Shown here piece by piece: positions 43,153 through 51,114 of a DNA stretch of 64,000 nucleotides. The stretch's first letter is position 1; each line of letters opens with the position of its first letter. Made by a program: the position numbers and the translations under genes. Source of the DNA: an uncultured Pelagibacteraceae bacterium (lineage in GTDB: Bacteria; Pseudomonadota; Alphaproteobacteria; Pelagibacterales; Pelagibacteraceae). Location of the stretch: assembly GCA_902603625.1 (NCBI GenBank), contig CACKVM010000001.1, positions 85,647 through 149,646 of the forward strand, in the 5' to 3' direction. Under the pieces are notes generated by a model. The model ran no database searches, was not told where the DNA came from, and saw only the letters and a program-made list of their open reading frames with translations.

Positions 43153-45812
43153 TGAAAAAGTTAATTTATAATTTCAAATCAAACGATAGTAAAAAAATTA
43201 AGAATCCTAAAAATTTTTTAGGGGGAAAAGGTGCAAATCTTTCTGAAATGGGAAGAATGGGATTACCGGTACCACCAGGATTCACTATTTCAACTAAGGT
43301 TTGTGAACTTTTCTTTAAAAACAAAAAAAAATTAAATAGGGATTTAATTCAACAAATTAGAAAAGAATTAAAGATTATCGAGAAAGATGTTTCAAAAAAA
43401 TTTGGTGATCTTAAAAATCCTTTATTATTATCAATAAGATCAGGAGCCAGAGTTTCAATGCCTGGTATGATGGATACAATTTTGAATCTTGGATTAAACG
43501 ATAAAACTGTCGAAGCTTTAGCAATTAAAACTTCAAATGGAAGATTTGCAAAAGATAGTTATCGAAGGTTTATACAAATGTATAGCAATGTAGTTATGGG
43601 AGTGGAAAGTTTCCATTTTGAGGAATTAATTGAGAATTACAAACTAACCAAAGGTGTTCTTTTAGATACTGATTTAGATGAAAAAGATTGGGATGGTCTT
43701 ATATTAGATTTTAAAAAGACTGTTAAAGAGAAAACAAAAAAACATTTTCCTCAAGATGTATTTGAACAATTATTTGGAGCAATTAGTGCAGTATTTTTAT
43801 CTTGGGAAAGTAAGAGGGCCAAAGTATACAGAAAACTTAATAAAATTCCTGATGAGTGGGGGACTGCTGTAAATGTTCAGTCAATGGTTTTTGGAAACAT
43901 GGGTAATGATTGTGCAACTGGTGTTGTATTTACTAGAAATCCCTCCAATGGAGTTAAGGAAATTTATGGTGAGTATTTGATAAATGCACAAGGAGAGGAT
44001 GTTGTGGCAGGAACAAGAACGCCTCAATATATTACAAAAAAAGCTAAAAATTTTGCAAAAGTAAAAGATCTTTCAATGGAGGAGTCTATGCCTCATGTAT
44101 ATAAAGATCTTTATAAAATTTTAAAAAGATTAGAGAATCACTATAAAGATATGCAAGACGTAGAATTTACAGTAGAAAATAAAAAACTTTGGATGCTTCA
44201 AACAAGATCAGGCAAAAGAACTGCTAAATCTGCAGTAAAGATCGCAGTCGACATGGTCAAAGAAAAATTAATCTCAAAAAAAGATGCAGTATTAAGAATA
44301 GATCCAAATTCTTTGGATTCGTTATTACACCCGACCTTAGATGAAAAAAGTTCAATTAATGTAATTGCAAATGGACTTCCAGCTTCCCCAGGCGCAGCAA
44401 GTGGAAAAGTAGTATTTACCTCAGAAGAAGCAGAGAGATTAACTGGGATGATGCAAGACACAATTTTGGTAAGAGTAGAAACTTCACCGGAAGATATCCA
44501 AGGAATGCATGCTGCAAAGGGAATTTTAACTGCAAGAGGAGGAATGACTAGTCATGCAGCAGTCGTTGCAAGAGGTATGGGTAGACCATGTGTCTCTGGT
44601 TCAAGTGAAATAGATATAAATTACGATCAAAAAGTTTTTAAAACTTCATCTCTTCAGATAAAAGAGGGTGATACGATTACTATAGACGGCTCAACCGGAA
44701 GAGTAATTTTAGGCACTGTTCCAACAGTAAAACCCGAAATTTCTGGAGACTTTTCAAAATTAATGAGCTGGGCAGATGATATTAGAAAATTAAAAGTTAG
44801 AACCAATTCTGAAACACCATTTGATACTAAAATAGCTAGAGATTTTGGCGCAGAGGGCATAGGTCTTTGTAGAACAGAACATATGTTTTTTGATGAGGAA
44901 AGAATTTTGTCAGTAAGAGAAATGATTTTATCAAAAACACAAGAAGATAGATTTAAAGCACTTAAAAAACTTCTACCATATCAAAAAAGAGATTTTATTG
45001 AAATATTCAAAATAATGAGCAGTTTACCTGTGACTGTGAGATTATTAGACCCACCATTACATGAGTTTTTACCAAGATCTGAAAAGGAAATTTCTGAGCT
45101 TGCAAATGTTGTTGGTGCAGATGTAAAAGAAGTTAAATCTAGAATAGAAGAACTTCATGAGCAAAATCCTATGTTAGGACATAGAGGTTGTAGATTAGGT
45201 ATTTCATTTCCTGAAATTTATGAAATGCAATGTCGAGCAATTTTTGAAGCATTGTCTGAACTTAAAAAAAAGAGACAAAAATTTGCTTTTCCAGAAATAA
45301 TGATTCCACTAGTTTCAACTGAAGCTGAAATAAAAATAATGAAAGATTTAGTTATACGGATTGCTGGGCAGGTAGAAAAAGAAAATAACGTTAAAGTTGA
45401 TTACATAGTCGGTACAATGATCGAATTACCTCGTGCAGCAATTAAAGCAAAAGAAATAGCAAAACATGCAGAGTTTTTTAGTTTTGGAACTAATGATTTA
45501 ACCCAAACTACTTTTGGAATTAGTCGAGATGATAGTGGTAAGTTTTTAAATGATTATATTGAAAATAAAATATTTTCTATTGATCCATTTGTTTCTATTG
45601 ATGAAGGGGTTGAAGATTTAATTGAGATAGCAGTAAATAAAGGAAAAAAACAAAATAGAAATATCAAATTAGGAATTTGTGGTGAACACGGTGGTGATCC
45701 TAAAAGTATAAATTTTTGCTGTAGAGTAGGTTTAAATTATGTTTCATGTTCACCTTACAGAGTCCCTATTGCTAGACTAGCAGCAGCACAGGCAGAATTA
45801 CAAAATAAATAA
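43152..45812 (+). CDS. ppdK: Pyruvate, phosphate dikinase
   Basis: LGGKGANL, GGMTSHAAVVAR, GLCRTEHMF, SFGTNDLTQ. Confidence 0.98.
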   Translation: MKKLIYNFKSNDSKKIKNPKNFLGGKGANLSEMGRMGLPVPPGFTISTKVCELFFKNKKKLNRDLIQQIRKELKIIEKDVSKKFGDLKNPLLLSIRSGARVSMPGMMDTILNLGLNDKTVEALAIKTSNGRFAKDSYRRFIQMYSNVVMGVESFHFEELIENYKLTKGVLLDTDLDEKDWDGLILDFKKTVKEKTKKHFPQDVFEQLFGAISAVFLSWESKRAKVYRKLNKIPDEWGTAVNVQSMVFGNMGNDCATGVVFTRNPSNGVKEIYGEYLINAQGEDVVAGTRTPQYITKKAKNFAKVKDLSMEESMPHVYKDLYKILKRLENHYKDMQDVEFTVENKKLWMLQTRSGKRTAKSAVKIAVDMVKEKLISKKDAVLRIDPNSLDSLLHPTLDEKSSINVIANGLPASPGAASGKVVFTSEEAERLTGMMQDTILVRVETSPEDIQGMHAAKGILTARGGMTSHAAVVARGMGRPCVSGSSEIDINYDQKVFKTSSLQIKEGDTITIDGSTGRVILGTVPTVKPEISGDFSKLMSWADDIRKLKVRTNSETPFDTKIARDFGAEGIGLCRTEHMFFDEERILSVREMILSKTQEDRFKALKKLLPYQKRDFIEIFKIMSSLPVTVRLLDPPLHEFLPRSEKEISELANVVGADVKEVKSRIEELHEQNPMLGHRGCRLGISFPEIYEMQCRAIFEALSELKKKRQKFAFPEIMIPLVSTEAEIKIMKDLVIRIAGQVEKENNVKVDYIVGTMIELPRAAIKAKEIAKHAEFFSFGTNDLTQTTFGISRDDSGKFLNDYIENKIFSIDPFVSIDEGVEDLIEIAVNKGKKQNRNIKLGICGEHGGDPKSINFCCRVGLNYVSCSPYRVPIARLAAAQAELQNK

Positions 45813-45861
45813 ATTTTTCATATGAATGAAGTGATAAAATTTTTTATACTAAAATATTCTA

Positions 45862-47046
45862 ATGATTTTTTTTAAAGATAAACAAATAAAACAATATTTA
45901 ATTATTTCAGGCATAAGTTTGATTGTTTCATTTTATTTATTTGAAGGATATTTAACTTTTTTTAAGGGCCAACTTTTTAAAGAGCAACTTTATGAAAAAC
46001 AAACTGGAAAAAAATTTGATACAAGGACCAAAAATCAGATTTATGAAGATATAAAAAAAAATAACAATAAAATTAAACTTACTTCACACAGAAGTTATTA
46101 TTTAAATAAAAATTTCCCAATTCATCCTTTATCTGGAATTTCAAATTCAGAAACAATACATTGTAATGAAAATGGATATTATTCAATTTATAAAAGTGAT
46201 AGATATGGATTTAATAATCCAGATGAAGAATGGTATAAACAAGAAATTGAGTACCTTTTGGTTGGAGACTCATTTACTCATGGAAATTGTGTAAACAGAC
46301 CAAATGATATTGCTTCTGTTTTAAGAATTTTATCAAATAAAGCAGTTCTAAATTTAGGACAAAATGGAAATGGACCTCTTTCAGAATATGCGACTTTAAG
46401 AGAATACTTAAATTCAAATGTAAAAAAAATTTTATGGATTTATTACGAGCAAAATGATTTAGAAGATTTAAAAAAAGAGTTGAGTGATAAAAATTTAATA
46501 AATTATTTGAATAATTTGAATTTTTCTCAAAATCTAAAACTTCATCAAAGTAAAATTAACAAACTTATCGAGGATACACTTGATGTAGAAATTAAAAAAC
46601 ATTATACTGTTGTTGAAAAAAAACTAAAAAAAAAAAATCAGAAAATAAAATATAAAATTTTAAAATTTATAAGACTAGATAAAACAAAAAAAGTATTTTC
46701 GAATTATCAGATAAAACAGGAACCAGTAAATCAGACTTTTGAAATAAGTAAATTTAAAGAAATTCTTAAACAAACAAAAGAATTAGTAGAAAAAAATAAT
46801 TCAAAATTATACTTTGTATATTTGCCTGAATATAATCGTTACAAAATAAAATACGATAACACAAATTATAATTTGATAAAAAATATTGTAACAGAATTAA
46901 ATATTCCTTTTATTAGTATACATAATGAAGTTTTTAAAAAATATAAAAATCCATTAAAACTCTTTCCATTTGAACAGTTTGGTCATTATAATATTGAAGG
47001 TTATAAAAAAGTTTCAGAGACAATCTATAAATTTACTAAAGATTAA
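45862..47046 (+). CDS. Membrane-anchored SGNH/GDSL-like protein
   Basis: N-terminal TM; DRYGFNN, VGDSFTHG (block I), NLG, EQND, C-terminal GHYNIEGY. Confidence 0.7.
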   Translation: MIFFKDKQIKQYLIISGISLIVSFYLFEGYLTFFKGQLFKEQLYEKQTGKKFDTRTKNQIYEDIKKNNNKIKLTSHRSYYLNKNFPIHPLSGISNSETIHCNENGYYSIYKSDRYGFNNPDEEWYKQEIEYLLVGDSFTHGNCVNRPNDIASVLRILSNKAVLNLGQNGNGPLSEYATLREYLNSNVKKILWIYYEQNDLEDLKKELSDKNLINYLNNLNFSQNLKLHQSKINKLIEDTLDVEIKKHYTVVEKKLKKKNQKIKYKILKFIRLDKTKKVFSNYQIKQEPVNQTFEISKFKEILKQTKELVEKNNSKLYFVYLPEYNRYKIKYDNTNYNLIKNIVTELNIPFISIHNEVFKKYKNPLKLFPFEQFGHYNIEGYKKVSETIYKFTKD

Positions 47047-47065
47047 ACCTGCTCTCCACATAATA

Positions 47066-47330
47066 AGAAGGGGCGTTCTGTTGCCAGGTGCCCCGAACCC
47101 CGTTTACTTAATTAACAAGTTAATTAAGCAGCAAGTGCGTAACTTTCGTTAGCAATTATAAAGTAGTCCTTTTCGGAGGAACAATTCCGAACGAAAGAAT
47201 AGCCTTTAGTCACCCGTCGAATCTAGTTCACCCCCATAAGTTGTAAATGGTGGAGGTGGTGGGTACTGCCCCCACGTCCGCAATGGTTATTACGAAATTC
47301 GTTTATCGTCATAGTTGGAAAACCAACTTT
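47066..47330 (-). ncRNA. ssrA: Two-piece (permuted) tmRNA; outer ends approximate
   Basis: Acceptor piece ends ...GGGGGCAGTACCCACCACCTCCACCA at 47248; 12-nt intervening segment; coding piece starts GGGGGTGAA at 47235; tag ANESYALAA* at 47153-47124. Confidence 0.93.
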
Positions 47331-47369
47331 ATTAATATAAAAGGAATTACATTAGATTCAATAACAATC

Positions 47370-48318
47370 ATGAAATTAACAAAAGAGCAATCAGCAGAGA
47401 TTAAAATCCAGCAATCACAATCTAACCAAACAAAAAAGAGTTACAGCTCCAGAGTTAGAAAAAATTCTTTATGAGGCAGTCCCCGCATTAGATCATGGTT
47501 TTGTTCGTGTTATTGATTATATGGGGGATGACACTTCTATTGTTCAATCAGCAAGGGTTTCTTATGGAAAAGGCACAAAACAAGTATCCACTGACAAAGG
47601 TTTAATTAAATACCTAATGCGTCATTGGCATAGTACTCCTTTTGAAATGTGTGAAATTAAATATCACATAAAGTTACCTATTTTTATTGCACGTCAATGG
47701 ATTAGACATAGAACAGCAAATGTTAATGAATATTCAGCTAGGTACTCGATTTTAGATAAAGAGTTTTATTTGCCTGAAAATAACAATTTGGCTGCACAGT
47801 CGACGAGTAATAGACAGGGAAGAGGAGATGTCTTAGAAGGCGAACAAGCTAAAGAAGTTTTAGAACTTTTAAAACATGATGCTGAAAGAACCTATGCAAA
47901 CTATGAAAAAATGCTTAATCAAAGATATGATGGATCAACTATAGATGAAAATAAAAAAGGTTTAGCAAGAGAACTTGCAAGAATGAATTTAACTTTAAAT
48001 ACATACACTCAGTGGTATTGGAAAACAGATTTATTAAATTTAATGAATTTTTTAAGACTAAGAGCTGATAGTCATGCTCAATATGAAATAAGGGTTTATG
48101 CAGATATTATGCTTAATACTCTCAAAAGATGGGTTCCAATTACTTTTGATGCTTTCATGGATTATAGAGTCGGAGGAACAGAGGTTTCTGCAAAAGGTAA
48201 AATAATAATACAAAAGCTTGTCAAAGGTGAAAAAGTTGATATTGAAAAGTCTGGATTATCAAAAAGAGAGTGGAATGAGTTAATGGTTGCTTTAGATTTA
48301 AAAGATAAATTAATTTAA
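47370..48318 (+). CDS. thyX: FAD-dependent thymidylate synthase, split by one extra A in an A6 run at 47432-47437 (probable sequencing error)
   Basis: [30 protein letters not shown]; removing one A joins MKLTKEQ...[15 protein letters not shown]...[13 protein letters not shown]. Confidence 0.9.
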
Positions 48319-49358
48319 TTTTTGTAATATTCGAAAAGTATTTTTTTTAATTCTGGATATACTATTTTTGATATTTCAATAGACCCTTTCTTATTTGTAT
48401 GTACAGTGTCAATAAATGAGTTATTTAATGGAGCTTTAACAAGCTCATCTAATTTAATGATATCTAAATTATTTTTTTTTGAAAATTTTTTTAGTTCTTC
48501 ATTTAGGAAGAATAGTATTCTTTGACCATTAATATCATATTTAATTTGAGTTATAAAAATTGGTTTAATATTCAGGATCTCAAGCTGATCTAGTAACTTT
48601 TTTAAATTAATATTAAAATTATCGATTACTTTTTTTTCTTCAATACTCACATTTTTATAATTTGATTTTGCATTTTCGTATGAAACATATTCATTACTAC
48701 TCAATTTCTTTATTAATTCCTCATCATTTGTAAAATATTTATCTCTTTGTGAGAAAAAAAAATTATCTTTTATATATTTTGCTTTTTCATAAAAAAAACT
48801 TTTTTGTGTTATATTCCAATATATTTTCTCAAATAGATTTAGATCATATTTAAAGTCATGCCAACGATCTGGTTTTATTCCTCTATCATTTATACCCAAA
48901 TAATAAATAATTATATCTGGTTTGAAATTAGGAATTTTTGAAAACCAAGATTTAAATTCTTGAATATGCCCTTTGAGAGATTTTCCAGATAGACTTGCAT
49001 TATAAATTTTTAGGTTTGAGCCATCTTGATTTAAATAAGAATTTAAATTCCCAACGATTGTGTCATCATAATTTTTGTACATCTCATCACCTGTACTTCC
49101 ACCATTAAATATAATCTTAATTTTTGATGCATCATATTTTTCATAGATGTTATTATTTTCTCTGAAACCATAAAAATCTCTTAAATAAGTAGTTTTTTCA
49201 TTATCATAATTAAAAACTATTTTTTGAACTCTTTTTCCTCTTAGTTGAGGTCCAAAATTATATTCTTTAAACCAATAACCAAAAATAAGATCACTACAAA
49301 TTATTAAGGTAAAATATACACAAATATTAATTAAAACTAATTTTGTATGTTTAAACAT
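48315..49358 (-). CDS. Membrane-anchored SGNH/GDSL-like protein
   Basis: N-terminal TM; YGFR, FNGGSTG (block I), YLGIND (block III), DTVH (DxxH block V). Confidence 0.72.
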   Translation of the reverse strand: MFKHTKLVLINICVYFTLIICSDLIFGYWFKEYNFGPQLRGKRVQKIVFNYDNEKTTYLRDFYGFRENNNIYEKYDASKIKIIFNGGSTGDEMYKNYDDTIVGNLNSYLNQDGSNLKIYNASLSGKSLKGHIQEFKSWFSKIPNFKPDIIIYYLGINDRGIKPDRWHDFKYDLNLFEKIYWNITQKSFFYEKAKYIKDNFFFSQRDKYFTNDEELIKKLSSNEYVSYENAKSNYKNVSIEEKKVIDNFNINLKKLLDQLEILNIKPIFITQIKYDINGQRILFFLNEELKKFSKKNNLDIIKLDELVKAPLNNSFIDTVHTNKKGSIEISKIVYPELKKILFEYYKN

Positions 49359-49477
49359 TATTATGAATTATAGTATTTACTTAATAATTTAATTTAATAA
49401 TTTGTCAAAATTATTTGTTTTAATTTACATGTTTAATTTAATAAAAGACTTTATAAATTTAAATAAAAAAAAATATT

Positions 49478-49864
49478 ATGATGAATAAAATAAAATTACC
49501 TTCAAACCGTAACTTTGGAATTGTTTTTTTTGTGGTTTTTTTTGTGATAGCCTTTTGGCCAGTTTTAAATGGAGAAAATATAAGAATTTGGTCGATATTA
49601 CTTTCATTAATATTTTTATTTTTGGGTATTATAAATTCGAGAATACTCACTCCATTAAATATAATTTGGATGAAGTTTGGTATCATTTTAGGAAGTATTA
49701 TTTCTCCTCTAGTTATGGGCTTTGTATTTTTTGGAGTCATTACTCCAATAGGACTTTTAATGAGAATATTTAAAAAAGACCTATTAAATCTGAAAATTAA
49801 TACAGAAAAATCGTATTGGATTGAAAAAGATAAAATTAAAAGTAGTATGAAAAATCAATTCTAA
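49478..49864 (+). CDS. SxtJ-family membrane protein
   Basis: PSNRNFGIVF, PLNIIWMKFGIILG, FFGVITPIG, SYWI, terminal MKNQF. Confidence 0.85.
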   Translation: MMNKIKLPSNRNFGIVFFVVFFVIAFWPVLNGENIRIWSILLSLIFLFLGIINSRILTPLNIIWMKFGIILGSIISPLVMGFVFFGVITPIGLLMRIFKKDLLNLKINTEKSYWIEKDKIKSSMKNQF

Positions 49865-49866
49865 CA

Positions 49867-50016
49867 ATGGATTTTATTTTAGAAATTATAAATTTTATAA
49901 TGGTGAGAAAAAAATATTGGTTAGTCCCTATTATATTATTTTTATTAATGTTTGGTGGTATAATAATAATCACTCAAGGTTCTGCAGTAGCTCCATTCAT
50001 TTATACAATTTTTTAA
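49867..50016 (+). CDS. DUF5989/SxtK-like small membrane protein, copy 1 (49 aa; not in ORF track)
   Basis: Hand-translated: MDFILEIINFIMVRKKYWLVPIILFLLMFGGIIIITQGSAVAPFIYTIF*. Confidence 0.88.
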   Translation: MDFILEIINFIMVRKKYWLVPIILFLLMFGGIIIITQGSAVAPFIYTIF

Positions 50017-50023
50017 TTAGATA

Positions 50024-50173
50024 ATGGAATTTATAAAAGAATTTATTCAATTTTTAAAAATTAGAAAAAAGTATTGGTTATTACCCATATTAATAGTTCT
50101 TGTAGCTTTTGGAGCATTAATAATTTTATCTCAAGGATCTGCGGTAGCGCCTTTCATATACGCAATTTTTTAG
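50024..50173 (+). CDS. DUF5989/SxtK-like small membrane protein, copy 2 (49 aa; not in ORF track)
   Basis: Hand-translated: MEFIKEFIQFLKIRKKYWLLPILIVLVAFGALIILSQGSAVAPFIYAIF*. Confidence 0.88.
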   Translation: MEFIKEFIQFLKIRKKYWLLPILIVLVAFGALIILSQGSAVAPFIYAIF

Positions 50174-50178
50174 ACTAA

Positions 50179-51102
50179 ATGTCAGAATATATTAAAAAAC
50201 CATTTAAAAAAGAAAATGGGATTTTTTCTTTTACAATTACAGATTTAGAGACAAAGAAAGTTACAGAATTTTATAAAGTAACACCTTTTCCCAATTATAA
50301 AGATGATGATAACAAACAAACAATATTAGAAAAAGGGAATAGAAATATTTTAGCCCAAAAATTTAAAAATTTTATAGGATATAAAAAAAAGGTTTTAGAA
50401 GTTGGATGTGGAACAGGACAGTTATCAATATATTTTTCATTAGGAACAAACAATAAAATTGTAGGCTTAGATCCAACTATCGAGTCTTTAAAACTTGCAA
50501 AAAATTTTGCAATAAAAAACGAGATTAATAATATTGAATTAGTAAATGCTGATATTTTCGATGATGTTTTAATTGAAGATTATTTTGATTTTGTTTGGTG
50601 CAACGGGGTGTTGCATCACACAAAAAACCCTTATAAAGCTTTTGAAATTTTATCAAAATCTTTAAAAAATAATGGTTATATTTTAATCGGACTTTATAAT
50701 AAAATTGGAAGGTTAAGAACAATATTTAGAAAATATTTAAGTAAATTATTTGGAGTTAAATTTTTAGAAATTTTTGACCCAACTCTTAAAAACTTAAAAA
50801 TAAGTAATGAAGAGAGAAAATCATGGATTAAAGATCAATACTTTCACCCAATTGAAAGTCTTCACACTTTAGATGAAGTTTTGCGATGGTTTGATAAGAA
50901 TGACATAAAATATATTAATTCAATACCTTCATGCGATTTTGAAATATCTCAAAATTATGACAATTTATTTGAAGAAAATCCAAGGGGTAGTTTTTATTCT
51001 CGATTAATCAATCAAATTTTCATGATTTTTAATAGACTTGGATCTGACGGAGGTTTATTTATTGTAATTGGAAAGAAAAATATTAAAAACACTTCGAAAT
51101 AA
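50179..51102 (+). CDS. Class I SAM-dependent methyltransferase
   Basis: VLEVGCGTGQ, VGLD, CNGVLHHT. Confidence 0.85.
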   Translation: MSEYIKKPFKKENGIFSFTITDLETKKVTEFYKVTPFPNYKDDDNKQTILEKGNRNILAQKFKNFIGYKKKVLEVGCGTGQLSIYFSLGTNNKIVGLDPTIESLKLAKNFAIKNEINNIELVNADIFDDVLIEDYFDFVWCNGVLHHTKNPYKAFEILSKSLKNNGYILIGLYNKIGRLRTIFRKYLSKLFGVKFLEIFDPTLKNLKISNEERKSWIKDQYFHPIESLHTLDEVLRWFDKNDIKYINSIPSCDFEISQNYDNLFEENPRGSFYSRLINQIFMIFNRLGSDGGLFIVIGKKNIKNTSK

Positions 51103-51114
51103 AAAAAGATTTGA

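Noticed and set aside
45822-45875. Possible upstream start for the SGNH gene via a T-run frameshift
   Set aside because: An in-frame ATG at 45862 already precedes the TM segment; no independent support for an extension
47247-47369. ORF-track N-terminus MVEVVGTAPTS... and ORF 46970..47152
   Set aside because: Antisense shadows of the tmRNA gene; thyX really starts at 47370
47430-47440. A_AAA_AAG slippery heptamer suggesting programmed -1 frameshifting in thyX
   Set aside because: The needed shift is +1; the -1 frame reaches TAG within a few codons
49359-49477. TTAA-rich motifs resembling CtrA boxes in the divergent intergenic region
   Set aside because: The region is almost entirely A/T, so such matches are expected by chance
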